Positions 35,431 through 48,884 of a stretch of 64,000 bases of DNA are shown here, one piece after another. The position numbers and the translations under genes are program-made. Position 1 is the first letter of the stretch. Every line of letters begins with the position of its first letter. The DNA is from Macrostomum lignano. Its lineage: Eukaryota. A model generated the notes under the pieces. The model was not told where the DNA came from. It worked only from the letters and a program-made list of their open reading frames with translations, and ran no database searches. Location of the stretch: positions 124,001 to 188,000 of the forward strand of contig NIVC01000679.1 in the NCBI GenBank assembly GCA_002269645.1, written 5' to 3'.

Positions 35431-38346
35431 TCAAGACTTAAAAGTTCGCACAACCCTTACAACGTACTGCCGGCACACGGGACAGTCCGAGCACTGTTTG
35501 CCGCACTGCACACAGGTGACCATGTGGCCGCACTCCAGCAGCACACAGTCTATGGCCGCGTCCATGCAGATCTTGCACAGGTCAGAGTCGGCCAATTCGT
35601 CATGCAGGACAGCCTGTTTAGACACGGCATGCTCTCTGTACAGCCTGCGCAGTCGCTCCAGCAGTTCAGCCCGTTCTAAACAGCCGCGATAGTCAACAAA
35701 GTTGCGCACTAGCAGTTGTTTAATCTCGCGAACGCTTAGCTTATCCAAATCCGATTCGTTGGCAACTTGATCCAGACTGGTCACCTCCGAGTGAGACGAC
35801 GCTGCGGGGGCGGCAGGGGCGGCGGCTGCTGCTGAGGAGGAGGCCGCTTCCGCTTCTTCAATAGCGGCAGCCACTTCAGCGGCCTCCATAGCGGCCAGCA
35901 GATCCGCTGCAGCCGCTTCCGCAGCCGCGTCCTGAGCCATCTCGATGTCCTCATCGTCAGTATTTGCCGCATTGTTATCCTCGTCTGCAGCAGCGGCGGC
36001 GGCTTCTGGCGGTAAACCAGGATACGGTGGCGGCGGTACATTCGGGATGGACGACTGCGACAGGGTGTCTGTCGACCGTTCCATCGCTTCCGGTAGTTGA
36101 GCAGCTTCCGGTAGTTGAGCAGCTTCCGGTAGTTGAGCAGCTTCCGGTAGTTGAGCAGCTTCCGGTGGTTGAGCAGCTTCCGGTGGTTGAGCAGCTTCCG
36201 GTAGTTGAGCAGCTTCCGGTGGTTGAGTAGCTTCCGGTGGTTGAGCAGCTTCCGGTAGTTGAGCAGCTTCCGGTGGTTGAGCATGGGAATCTTCTGGTTG
36301 ATGTTGATTTTCACGCTGACTTGTACTCGTAGAAGCAGTTTGTTGTCGTTGCTGTCCAAAAATATATTGTTTAAACAGATCAGATTAAAGCATGCGTGAT
36401 TGAAACACCATATACATACTGTTTCATAACCGTATTAGGGAACTGCTGAACCATCTCTGCTGCAATCTAACCAATCACCATATTAGGGAACTGCTGAACC
36501 ATCTCTGCTGCAATCTAACCAATCACCATATTAGGGAACTGCTGAACCATCTCTGCTGCAATCTAACCAATGACCATATTAGGGAACTGCTGAACCATCT
36601 CTGCTGCAAGCTAACCAATGACCATATTAGGGAACTGCTGAACCATCTCTGCTGCAATCTAACCAATGACCATATTAGGGAACTGCTGAACCATCTCTGC
36701 TGCAATCTAACCAATGACCATATTAGGGAACTGCTGAACCATCTCTGCTGCAATCTAACCAATGACCATATTAGGGAACTGCTGAACCATCTCTGCTGCA
36801 ATCTAACCAATGACCATATTAGGGAACTGCTGAACCATCTCTGCTGCAATCTAACCAATGACCATATTAGGGAACTGCTGAACCATCTCTGCTGCAATCT
36901 AACCAATCACCATATTAGGGAACTGCTGAACCATCTCTGCTGCAAGCTAACCAATGACCATATTAGGGAACTGCTGAACCATCTCTGCTGCAATCTAACC
37001 AATCACCATATTAGGGAACTGCTGAACCATCTCTGCTGCAATCTAACCAATCACCATATTAGGGAACTGCTGAACCATCTCTGCTGCAATCTAACCAATG
37101 ACCATATTAGGGAGCTGCTGAACCATCTCTGCTGCAATCTAACCAATGACCATATTAGGGAACTGCTGAACCATCTCTGCTGCAATCTAACCAATGACCA
37201 TATTAGGGAGCTGCTGAACCATCTCTGCTGCAGTCTAACCAATGACCATATTAGGGAACTGCTGAACCATCTCTGCTGCAATCTAACCAATCACCATATT
37301 AGGGAACTGCTGAACCATCTCTGCTGCAATCTAACCAATCACCATATTAGGGAACTACTGAACCATCTCTGCTGCAATCTAACCAATGACCATATTAGGG
37401 AACTACTGAACCATCTCTGCTGCAATCTAACCAATGACCATATTAGGGAGCTGCTGAACCATCTCTGCTGCAATCTAACCAATGACCATATTAGGGAACT
37501 GCTGAACCATCTCTGCTGCAATCTAACCAATCACCATATTAGGGAGCTGCTGAACCATCTCTGCTGCAATCTAACCAATGACCATATTAGGGAACTACTG
37601 AACCATCTCTGCTGCAATCTAACCAATGACCATATTAGGGAACTACTGAACCATCTCTGCTGCAATCTAACCAATGACCATATTAGGGAACTACTGAACC
37701 ATCTCTGCTGCAATCTAACCAATGACCATATTAGGGAACTGCTGAACCATCTCTGCTGCAATCTAACCTGTCTCTGGGCGCCACCGGCCAGTTGCTCCAT
37801 ATTCGACGCCATCTGAGCCAGCCTCTCGTGCTGGTGCCGCCTCTCATCCGCCCGGGCCCGCCGGTACTCGACATTGCCGAACCTGTCCATCACCAAATCG
37901 GCCAGCTGATTTTTCTCTTTCAAGCCTCGCAGCTCGTCATTCTGCGTGCCAGTCCGCTGCAGAAACCAGAACAGATCCCTAACTCGTAGCCGCATCAATT
38001 GTTCGTAAGTGAAATTCGGATTAGAGAACACCTGACAACGAGAGCAGGCTGGCACAACCGTATTACTAACAGCGTCTCGAAGTGGCAGAGCGGAGCCCAG
38101 CTGCACTCTACCACTCACCGGTACATTGGCCACGCAGGTACGACAGAAATAATAACGACAGATTGCGCAACGCTGACGCTTTGGAAACAGAGTGGCGAAT
38201 TGGCCGCGACAGTCGTTGCAGCGACTGTTGACGCCAGTTGAACTGGCGCTGCTGCTACCACCGGCGCCTGAGCCTGTGGTCTGCTGCTTTACAACATTGC
38301 TCATCGCCTCAAACTTGTCGGCGATGTTGACAAAGAAATTCGACAT
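35431..38346 (-). CDS. RNF34: RNF34/RFFL (CARP)-type FYVE-like + RING E3 ubiquitin ligase, 499 aa; exons 38346-37768, 36351-35431
   Basis: N-terminal CxxC FYVE-like finger; LRVRDLFWFL/KEKNQL SAP-like segment; C-terminal CKICMDAAIDCVLLECGHMVTCVQCGKQCSDCPVCRQYVVRVVRTFKS. Phase-0 junction CAG|gttag...gacag|CAA. Orthology between RNF34 and RFFL cannot be resolved here. Confidence 0.88.
36085..36285 (-). repeat. 18-bp coding repeat (A-Q-L/P-P-E-A)n in the RNF34-like linker
   Basis: Tandem gagcagcttccggtagtt, in frame with the RING exon. Confidence 0.85.
36430..37767. repeat. 48-bp minisatellite filling the RNF34-like intron
   Basis: About 28 near-identical units; the first unit starts at the splice donor. 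Confidence 0.95.
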
Positions 38347-38504
38347 GGCTGCTGTCTATTTTAGCATCAATCGATCAATATGAGTTGCTGTCAGTGATTG
38401 TATAGAAATTATATTAGAAATACAAGTTCAGGTTTGATTTTTAGTATATGGATTTGTGGCGTATGAGGGCCATTGCAAAAATGCTCTGGCTCTTAGGGTA
38501 ATTG

Positions 38505-39475
38505 CTTGAGATGTCAAGGCTCACAGGGGAATTGCTGAGATGTCAAGGCTCACAGGGAATTGCTGAGATGTCAAGGCTCACAGGGGAATTGCTGAGATGT
38601 CAAGGCTCACAGGGGGGGGGGGATTGCTGAGATGTCAAGGCTCACAGGGGAATTGCTGAGATGTCAAGGCTCACAGGGGAATTGCTGAGATGTCAAGGCT
38701 CACAGGGGAATTGCTGAGATGTCAAGGCTCACAGGGAAATTGCTGAGATGTCAAGGCTCACAGGGAATTGCTGAGATGTCAAGGCTCACAGGGGGGGATG
38801 GCTGAGATGTCAAGGCACACAGGGGGGGGGGATGGCTGAGATGTCAAGGCTCACAGGGGAATTGCTGAGATGTCAAGGCTCACAGGGGGGGATGGCTGAG
38901 ATGTCAAGGCTCACAGGGGGGGGGATTGCTGAGATGTCAAGGCTCACAGGGGGGGATTGCTGAGATGTCAAGGCTCACAGGGGGGGATTGCTGAGATGTC
39001 AAGGCTCACAGGGGGGGTTGCTGAGATGTCAAGGCTCACAGGGGGGATTGCTGAGATGTCAAGGCTCACAGGGGGGGGGGATTGCTGAGATGTCAAGGCT
39101 CACAGGGGGGGGTTGCTGAGATGTCAAGGCTCACAAGGGGGATTGCTGAGATGTCAAGGCTCACAGGGGGGATTGCTGAGATGTCAAGGCTCACAGGGGG
39201 GGAATTGCTGAGATGTCAAGGCTCACAGGGGGGGATTGCTGAGATGTCAAGGCTCACAGGGGGGGGGATTGCTGAGATGTCAAGGCTCACAGGGGGGGAT
39301 TGCTGAGATGTCAAGGCTCACAGGGGGGGGGATTGCTGAGATGTCAAGGCTCACAGGGGGGGGATTGCTGAGATGTCAAGGCTCACAGGGGGGGATTGCT
39401 GAGATGTCAAGGCTCACAGGGGGGGGATTGCTGAGATGTCAAGGCTCACAGGGGAATTGCTTGGATGTCAAGGGT
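38505..39475. repeat. ~28-31-bp minisatellite with variable G-run
   Basis: Tandem attgctgagatgtcaaggctcacaggggg. Confidence 0.95.
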
Positions 39476-40338
39476 TAATTAACTGGAGGATGTTGGTAGG
39501 CCAAGCATCAAAGGAAGAGTTAGTATTACATCATGGTTTAAAGGGAAGCTTTGATACCAAAACTCACAAGGATACTGATATCTTAGGCTAATAGCTGATT
39601 GGTTTTCAAAGCTGGTGCTTTTTTTAAACATCATTTTACTTGAGACACTGGCAATAGACTATATGAGGTTGAAACCTCATGCACAATCATTGCAAATTTT
39701 TATCTGGATATGAAAAAACTTTAAAAGATATAGTCAATATAAAAGCTTGCTTCTTTCAATTCTAAACCAACCTAGGCCCAATATATATATAGGACCAAAC
39801 AACCAAACAGCAAACTGAACCTACTGAAAAAAGTTCAAATAATATTTTGACTTACCTATTTTTTAAAGAGTCAAATAAAAAGAACATATAGTTTACTATT
39901 TAAACTACAAATGTACTAAATATAAATACTAAGATTAGAAAGAAATAAAGATTTTGGAAAATACATCTAAATATACTAAATATATAATACTAAGAGTGTT
40001 GGGAAAAGGGAAAAGGAGCTTCAAAGGACTTTTTAGCCAATGATATAGATTTAGATAGTTTCCAACATAGCACAACTAAACTAAGCATACAAATGACAAG
40101 TGCATCACTAGGTGCAAAAGCCAAGCAAATATTCCCAAATATATAAGGTGACATTTGGTTAGTTTGTCATCCACCAAAAAAATATTGCCTAGGCTGAGGC
40201 CTATTATAGACTTAATTTACAAATGCAAGATGCCCGCGCATTTTGAGAAAGTAAAATTAAGGAGACTGTTTGACTGATCCCAAAATAAAGGAGATTTAAT
40301 TTGGTAATGTAACAATGACAGGCAATATCTGTCTAAGG

Positions 40339-41010
40339 CCTGTATAGGCAAACTCTGGCCTTTTGCCTCTGCATCTCTTTCTTTTGGGTCCTCTGAAACT
40401 TCTATCTTTTTTCTGTCTCTTCTATTCTCTTTCCTCTTCTATCTCTCCTTTTTTCTCTTTTCTATTCTTCTCATTCTCTTGTCCTCTCTATTTTCTTCTC
40501 TTTTCTCTTATCTTGCTTATCTCTATTCTTTTTTCTACTCTTTCTTGTATCCCCTCTGGGATCTCTTATCTTTCCTCTCATTTCTCCCCTCTTCTTTTCT
40601 CTTTCCTTTGCTATCCCCTCTATTTCCTCTCTTCTCTTAACTCTTTTCCCTATTATCTCTTCTCTTTAATCTCTTCTCTCTTATCTTTATCTCATATTTC
40701 TCCTCTCTCTTCTCTCCTCTCTTTTCCTTTATCTTTTCTCTCTCTTATCTTATCTCTCCTCTCTCTTCTTGTCTCTCTTATTTGTCTCTTTTCCCCTCTA
40801 TTGTCCTTGCACTCCTCTTCCCTCCTCCCTTTTCTTTGCCCCCTCTCTCTCTCCTTACCCTCCTGTCTCCTCTTGTATTTTATCTATTTTCTTATCCTTT
40901 CTCTTATTGTCTATTCATTCTTCTTTCCACTCTCATCTGCCCCTGCAGCCATTAGGGCCTAGCTAGATTTTTTATCTGGACTTTGAGGTAAAAATCTGCT
41001 AATCCCTACT
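40339..41010 (-). mobile_element. Third (inverted, degenerate) copy of the GA/TC-filled hAT element family
   Basis: 40927-41015 matches the reverse complement of 16105-16190; 'aggcaaactctggcc' matches the reverse complement of ~17092-17106; TC-rich interior. Confidence 0.65.
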
Positions 41011-43959
41011 TCAAAAGCCAGTCGTACTCATGTACTCTCCCAGTTATACTCTCAAGGGACATACTACTCTCATGGTTGTTTCATTCTGTGGCCTATTTGT
41101 TGACTGCTTTGATCACATCATATTTTTAGCCAATTTGCAGTCCTGAGAAAAACTTGTATATTTCTAGCTCCACAGTTTCACATAGGCCCTATCTGATATT
41201 ATGGCTAACTTAGGGTTGATGCTTTAAAGTTTGTTTAATTATTAACTAATCATATATACAAAACTTTGTTGAGACTTACAAACTATTCTTCTATATAACT
41301 TTGCCTAGGAAAATAGTCTTCTTAAAAATGATTATTTAAAAGGACCCAAAGGCTAAAGTAACAATACATTAAGTACAAGAACAAGTGCTAGGAGCTAAAG
41401 TGGCTAAAATAAAGAAAGTCCCAAAAATCTTCTAAATAAAGGAGATGAAGGAGATAAAGGAGGGGTTTGCCAAATAAAGGAGATAAAGGAAATAAAGGAG
41501 GGCGCAGGCACCCTGCAAATGCTGCTATAGCAGGGGCCTACAATACAAGTGCAAAAGGTAGAAAGTACCTAGGGCCTAAGCTATCTGACTAGGCTATCAT
41601 CTTATCTAGGCCAATGAATATGACTATTTTAGAATTTAGTATTGACTATGTCTTTGATTCAGTCATGAGCAGAATAATAACCTGATTCTGGGTTTTTTTC
41701 ATCCAAAATCCAGTTGCCAAATGGCAACTAAAGCTCAAAATCTAGTTGCTAGGCCCCCTAATTGCCATCCTCAGTTGCCAACTGGCAACTGACCTATTTC
41801 AGTGTCCCAGTGCTTGTGCATAGCAAAAAATATGGTGCTCTATAACATCGCAATATTCACGCACTGATGAAAAAATAATATGCTCGAATCAGCTCAGGCT
41901 TCAGGTTTTCAGCCAAGCCAATCTTAGCAGTAATAAAATGTGACAGACTGTTTTATCATTGGCAACTGCCTTGGTTCAAGTTGCTTGCCAGATTGGCCTC
42001 TGATGCCACAAATCCAGTGGCTTTATTGGGTAGCCGGTGGCTACCGTATGGCCTAAAAAAACCCAGACCTGATTACCATTACCAATTACCATCTGTATTC
42101 TAGATATAAGATAGTGTAATGTTCGCTCATCGAACTTGGATAATATAATAATATTAAATGTGTGTACGAATAAACATAACTGAGCATACCTAGGCTTACT
42201 AGGTAACTAGGCCCAACTCCATAAAATAATTGATAATGTTAATGTTTTATTATAATTATAATACGTAACAAATCCAATTTGTGTGTAAAACTCTGTCTTT
42301 ATTATTTTTATTTTATTGCTGTTTTTAGCAATAAAAAGGTTACCTAGGCCTATCTACGATAATGGCGAGGCATTTAAATATTTAATATTGTTCTACGTGA
42401 AGATCAATTAGCATAGTGCATTTTTGAATGTTATATTTTTACACTATTTTCTAAGACACCGACCACATGCTCCGAGCATGATGCTCGTTGGTTGATTAGA
42501 TTTAGATACCAAACGGCTAAGATTTTACCCTAAATGCGTAGTAAGGGTTTTTAAAGTTTACCTGTTGGGGCTGTTGGTTGTTTCTATCAGTCAGTGCAAG
42601 GGATTACACCGCCGCGAAATTCCAATTTTGCTATAGCGCAGCTAAAATTTTGCATTTTGCTTTTGCAATAATTAGTATTCTTGGATTTTTTAGTCATCCT
42701 TTAATAAAATATATTTTATAAACTGAAATACTATATTAAACTAGATTAATAGTATACAAAAACATCTCATTTTATAGCTATATTTTATTCTTCATTTTCA
42801 AAGTTTTTTAGAGTGCTAATAAGCCTAGCAAAAAGGACATGCAAACAAAATGATTATGCATTGATAGTGATATTTTACCAAGTCCAAAACATTTAAATTT
42901 GTACATCTAGTTTTTTAATTTATTTAGCAAAAGTGATTGATATGCATGTATGTATTTTGTTTTTTTTTAAACATTTTCTATTCTCAATAGGGGCCTAATC
43001 AACTTGGCTAGGCCTAATGTTAGGCCTATTGGCTATTGCCCATCAGTGGCACCTAGGGGGGGAGGGGTTGGGATTGGGCACAGTGGTTACCAAAAACCAT
43101 GAGGCAATTGAGGGCTTGCGGTGCTTAAATGAGCCTGCAGTGCTAAAATGAGTGCCTATGGTGCTAAAACATACATGTGCAACCTCTAAAATTCAATCGG
43201 CCATGCGACTTAGTTTTAACAAAATGCAACAGTTTTTGGCCAAAAATGTAACTTACATGTAAAAAAACCCTAGCGTAAGTAGTGTAAAGCAAAATTAACG
43301 CTACTTTGGGTAAACGGCAAGAGTAACTATGACTGTCTTATTAAGTCAAAATGCCTCATCAACTACTTAGTACTACTAGGCCTACTTGGGTATTTATTAG
43401 GTGGGCATTTTTGTGACTTCCTTGTTTGGCTACCAAATCGGTCAGCCGGATTGGCCAACTCGGCCGACTATTGCACATGTATGTGCTAAAATGAGTGTCT
43501 ATGGCGCTAAAATAAGGGCATTCTTTTGTTTTACAATCCCTTTACATTTTTCCTATAGAATATGGCACTTTTATTATACAATCTTATGCGATCCCCATCT
43601 AATAAATTTCTAACTTGAATGATAATATTACAAAATTGAAAATTTATTTTTAAAATGCAAGTTTTGTTATCTGATCCCTTTGCATACATTTCTTCCATTT
43701 AAATGATCATATAAAAAGTGAATTTAGAGATGTCTCTGCTTTTGCCAAGAATCTTATTGAGGCTTTGTTTGATTGCCTCACTTTGGTTGAACTCCACTTC
43801 AAATAGATATCAATTGAAACTGCCTTAATGCAATGCATTTGACTCATGGATAATGTTTTGTCTGGTTTCTATTCTTTGACTGCATATTTTACATAGGGAT
43901 CATATAACAAAAGTGCCTAGGAAGGAATAGGGATCATAAAACAAAAGAATGCCAATAAG

Positions 43960-44180
43960 TGCTTGTAGCACCAAAATGAGTGCCTGCAGTGCCAAAATGA
44001 GTGCTTGCAATGCCAAAATAAGTGCTTATAACACCAAAATAAGTGCTTGTGACACCAAAAAAAGTGCTTGCGACATCAAAATAAGTGCTTGTGACACCAA
44101 AATAAGTGCTTGCAACACCAAAAAAGTGCTTGTGGTACTAGAATAAGTGCTTGCAGCACCAAAATAAGTGCCTGCGGTGC
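43960..44180. repeat. 21-bp degenerate tandem repeat
   Basis: caccaaaataagtgcttgtga units. Confidence 0.85.
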
Positions 44181-44927
44181 CAAAACCACACTCCAGATCA
44201 TATAGTATACCCCTAAAAATTCTGGGGTGCATTGGCCTTGCATGCCAAAAATAGGCATGCACAGTTGGCGTGAATCCTTCCTAAAAAATAGTGTGTGTAC
44301 ATACCTGGCATGCACTTCATAGAATCATGCTAAAGAGTTATTATGAAGTAGAAAAAAAAGATGAGAAAAGGTTCATTTTAAGCAAAAATTTCAAGCTTTC
44401 TAGGTTTTTTAAAGTTTGTAATAAAGCATTTAAACAAAAATTTGCATGTATCAATTTTCTGCAGTGAATAATATTGTCAAAGAAGCAGACAAATGAACTA
44501 AATTATGTGCCAAAATGGTTCATTATGCTATTCAAAAATGGTTATTTATTGTCACAATGTAAAAAGGTCATTTATTATTGCAATACCATTGTAGTTTTAA
44601 GAATAGGCTACAGTCAATTTTTTGGCATGCATTTGTAATTATTCAATTCTTGTTCAGGCATGCATCCAGCATGATCCAGACTATGGCACCAAAATAAGTG
44701 CCTGCAGCACCAAAAGTGGCAATGGCATAAAGCATGGCCAGCCAGGCCAACCCCCCCCCCCCACAATTGAAATTCCTCGCTATGCTACTATTGCCTATCA
44801 TTAATAATATGGTGTGCAGTGATTTCGTCTGCTGCCTTTTTGTCTGCTGGCAACATTTTATATGCTAAATCTTCTAGCAATTTCTTGATATAGACAGCAA
44901 AAACTTTTTGATATAAATGATATATCA

Positions 44928-45342
44928 TCCTATATACTAAAAATGAAAATCTTGCTTGCTTGCAATTGATTAGAGAAAAAATAGCACTAGCTACTTATTC
45001 TATGGTGGATGCTTACTATTTGGGGATGCTTGCTATCTGGGGGATGCTTGCTATCTGGGAGGGGGGATGCTTGCTATCTGGGGATGCTTGCTATCTGGGA
45101 GGGGGGATGCTTCCTATCTGGGGGATGCTTGCTATCTGGGGGATGCTTGCAATCTGGGGGATGCTTGCTATTTGGGGGATGCTTGCTGTCTTGGGATGAT
45201 TTCTTTTTGCATTACACTTTATTTGAGCAGTTTGTCTGTCGTCTTTGTGAAGGCTTTATTTGGCTGTCTTTTTGTTACTTATAGAAAACAGAGATTCTAT
45301 CCAGATGTCCCCCAACGGGGGGGAGGGGGCGAAGATTGCTAG
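44928..45342 (+). mobile_element. Non-autonomous Helitron-like element, followed head-to-tail by a second 5' end at 45343
   Basis: a|TCctatatactaaaaatg...; ccccc-aac-ggggg hairpin ~17 nt before terminal CTAG; identical 5' ~58 nt repeated at 45343; internal 19-bp repeat. Confidence 0.55.
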
Positions 45343-45582
45343 TCCTATATACTAAAAATGAAAATCTTGCTTGCTTGCAATTGATTAGAGAAAAAATAGC
45401 TTAACCAATTTTCATGAGACTTGCACTGTTTGATCAGAAATTTTCTCGTAATGATACATGTGTTCTCGCTAAGAGATTGGTCAATGCTAAAGGGATTAAA
45501 TCTTAACTATGGGTTTACTTAATGAAACTATTACTTATAAATTAACAAATTATAATTTCAGATTTAAATCTCAATTTGCACA

Positions 45583-48500
45583 ATGGCTAGTAGACCAGAA
45601 TCAAGTCTACCACCAGAATTGGTATGCTTTTGTAGAATAATGCCTTTATGTTCTAATTATTTCATATGGGAATTATAATATTTTTCCTTTGCTACTTTTT
45701 AGTACTATGATGACAAAGAAGCAAAGAAGTACACCCAAAAGTAAGTTTTTAATAAATATTTTATTAGTAATTATAACTTTTAGTAGTTCTGTTATTGTTA
45801 ATTCATCATTCCTAAGGTGATGAAAAAGGTGATAAAAAACTGAGAATGTTTCCCAGTCCACCAGTAGCTTTTCCAGTCCACAAGTAGCTTTCCCAGTCCA
45901 CCAGTAGCCTCCCAAGTCCACCAGTAGCTTCCCGAGTCCACCAGTAGCTTTCCTAGTCCACCATTAGCCTCTCCAGCCCACCAGTAGCCTCTCCAGCCCA
46001 CCAGTAGCCTCTCCAGTCCACCAGTATCTTTTCCAGTCCACCAGTAGCTTTCCCAGTCCACCAGTAGCCTCCCTAGTCCATCAGTAGCTTCCCTGTCCAC
46101 CAGTAGCCTCTCCAGCCCACCAGTAGCCTCTCCAGTCCACCAGTATCTTTTCCAGTCCACCAGTAGCTTTCCCAGTCCACCAGTAGCCTCCCGAGTCCAT
46201 CAGTAGCTTCCCTGTCCATCAGTAGCTTCCCCAGTCCACCAGTAGCCTCTCCAATCCACCAGTAGCTTTCCCAGTCCACAAGTAGCTTTCCCAGTCCACA
46301 AGTAGCCTCCCGAGTCCATCAGTAGCTTCCCTGTCCATCAGTAGCTTCCCCAGTCCACCAGTAGCCTCTCCAGTCCACCAGTAGCTCTTCCAGTCCATGG
46401 TATTTCCCAGTCCATGGTCTCTCCCAGTCCATCAGTAGCTCTCCGATGTCCATCAGTAGCTTCCCGAGTTCACCAGTAGCGCTCCAGCTCTTTTCGTGCT
46501 TACAAAAGCCTGATTAGATACCAAAAAGCACTTACATATCTAGAATTACTCACTGCAGTTTCGCCAGCTGTTTACCCACAACAAAATCGCACTTTCACCT
46601 CGCAGCTCGCGCATCATTCAAATCCAATCGGAAATGTCAGAGCGAGCAATCGAGCTGCTCAGCCTACCGGAGGATCCGACAATTCGGTCCTCTCTACTCG
46701 TGCTAGACGTTGGCTGCGGCTCCGGCATCAGCGGTGCCGCTCTGACCGAAGCCGGTTTAAACTGGTTCGGCGTTGACATCAGCTCTAGTATGCTGGAGAT
46801 CGCGCTGGAGAACGAAGTTGAAGGCGGCTTAGCCAGGTGCGATATTGGCCACGGCCTGCCGTTCCGAGCTGGTTGCTTTGACGCCGTTGTCAGCGTGTCC
46901 GCTCTGCAGTGGCTGGCTTACTCGGATAGGTACGTATTTGGTAATAGCGGCTCTGTAGTAGACAGCTGTGAGTAGATAATAGCGGCTCTGTAGTAGACAG
47001 CTGTGAGTAGATAATAGCGGCTCTGTAGTAGACAGCTGTAGGTAGATAATAGCGGCTCTGTAGTAGACAGTTGTAGGTAGATACTAGCGACTCTGTAGTA
47101 GACAGCTGTAGGTAGATAATAGCGGCTCTGTAGTAGACAGCTGTAGGTAGATAATAGCGGCTCTGTAGTAGACAGCTGTTGGTAGATAAAAGCGGCTGTG
47201 GTAGACAGCTGTAGGTAGATAATAGCGGCTGTGATAGACAGCTGTTGGTAGATAAAAGCGGCTGTGGTAGACAGCTGTAGGTAGATAATAGCGGCTGTGG
47301 TAGACAGCTGTAGGTAGATAATAGCGGCTGTGGTAGACAGCTGTAGGTAAATAATAGCGGCTGTGGTAGTCAGCTGTAGGTAGATAATAGCGGCTGTGGT
47401 AGACAGCTGTAGGTAGATAATAGCGGCTGTGGTAGACAGCTGTAGGTAGATAATAGCGGCTGTGGTAGTCAGCTGTAGGTAGATAATAGCGGCTGTGGTA
47501 GACAGCTGTAGGTAGATAATAGCGGCTGTGGTAGACAGCTGTAGGTAGATAATAGCGGCTGTGGTAGTCAGCTGTAGGTAGATAATAGCGGCTGTGGTAG
47601 ACAGCTGTAGGTAGATAATAGCGGCTGTGGTAGTCAGCTGTAGGTAGATAATAGCGGCTGTGGTAGACAGCTGTAGGTAGATAATAGCGGCTGTGGTAGA
47701 CAGCTGTAGGTAGATAATAGCGGCTGTGGTAGTCAGCTGTAGGTAGATAATAGCGGCTGTGGTAGACAGCTGTAGGTAGATAATAGCGGCTGTGGTAGAC
47801 AGCTGTAGGTAGATAATAGCGGCTGTGGTAGTCAGCTGTAGGTAGATAATAGCGGCTGTGGTAGACAGCTGTAGGTAGATACTAGCGACTCTGTAGTAGA
47901 CAGCTGTAGGTAGATAATAGCGGCTGTGGTAGTCAGCTGTAGGTAGATAATAGCGGCTGTGGTAGACAGCTGTAGGTAGATAATAGCGGCTGTGGTAGTC
48001 AGCTGTAGGTAGATAATAGCGGCTGTGGTAGACAGCTGTAGGTAGATAATAGCGGCTGTGGTAGACAGCTGTAGGTAGATAATAGCGGCTGTGGTAGTCA
48101 GCTGTAGGTAGATAATAGCGGCTGTGGTAGACAGCTGTAGGTAGATAATAGCGGCTGTGGTAGACAGCTGTAGGTAGATAATAGCGGCTGTGGTAGTCAG
48201 CTGTAGGTAGATAATAGCGGCTGTGGTAGACAGCTGTAGGTAGATAATAGCGGCTGTGGTAGACAGCTGTAGGTAGATAATAGCGGCTGTGGTAGACAGC
48301 TGTAGGTAGATAATAGCGGCTGTGGTAGTCAGCTGTAGGTAGATAATAGCGGCTGTGGTAGACAGTCCCCCTAGAAGCAACATTAGACGCTCACAAAAAT
48401 GCGGCATTCCGCAGGTCCACAGCCAACCCCATTCGAAGACAGCGAGCCTTTTTCACCAGCCTGTATGCCTGCATGTCCGTAGGCGCCAGAGCTGTGCTGC

Positions 48501-48832
48501 AGTTCTACCCGGCAGACGAATTGCAGTTACAATTATTACTAAACTCTGCGATGTCCTGCGGATTTACTGGAGGATTAGTAACTGATTATCCCGAATCGGC
48601 CAAGGCTAGGAAGCATTTCTTAGTGCTAGACACTGCCGGTACTCGGCCTATGCCAGCGGCACAAGATGAGGCGGGCGGTAGGCATTCTACAAAACAGCAA
48701 CAGCCTATGCGGAAAGGCTCCAAGGCTTGGATAATGCGCAAGAAAGAACAGTATCGGCGTAAGAACCCCGACTCTAAAGCGTTGCCGTCTGATTCTAAGT
48801 ATACTGGGCGAAAGAGGAAGCCAAGGTTTTGA
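45583..48832 (+). CDS. BUD23: 18S rRNA m7G methyltransferase BUD23/WBSCR22, 272 aa; exons 45583-45621, 45703-45740, 46606-46929, 48415-48832
   Basis: [92 protein letters not shown]; phases are consistent (819 nt). Confidence 0.95.
45850..46485. repeat. ~22-bp minisatellite in BUD23 intron 2
   Basis: Tandem ccagtccaccagtagctttc variants. Confidence 0.95.
46945..48365. repeat. 33-bp minisatellite in BUD23 intron 3
   Basis: Tandem agacagctgtaggtagataatagcggctgtggt, about 43 units. Confidence 0.95.
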
Positions 48833-48884
48833 ACTCCCAGCGTTTTTAACGACAGGTACTTGTTAGTGCTGATGCGCTCTCAGC

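Noticed and set aside
41680-42075. Possible MITE with ctgggttttttt / aaaaaaacccag ends
   Set aside because: Inverted match is short and low-complexity, and no TSD could be established.
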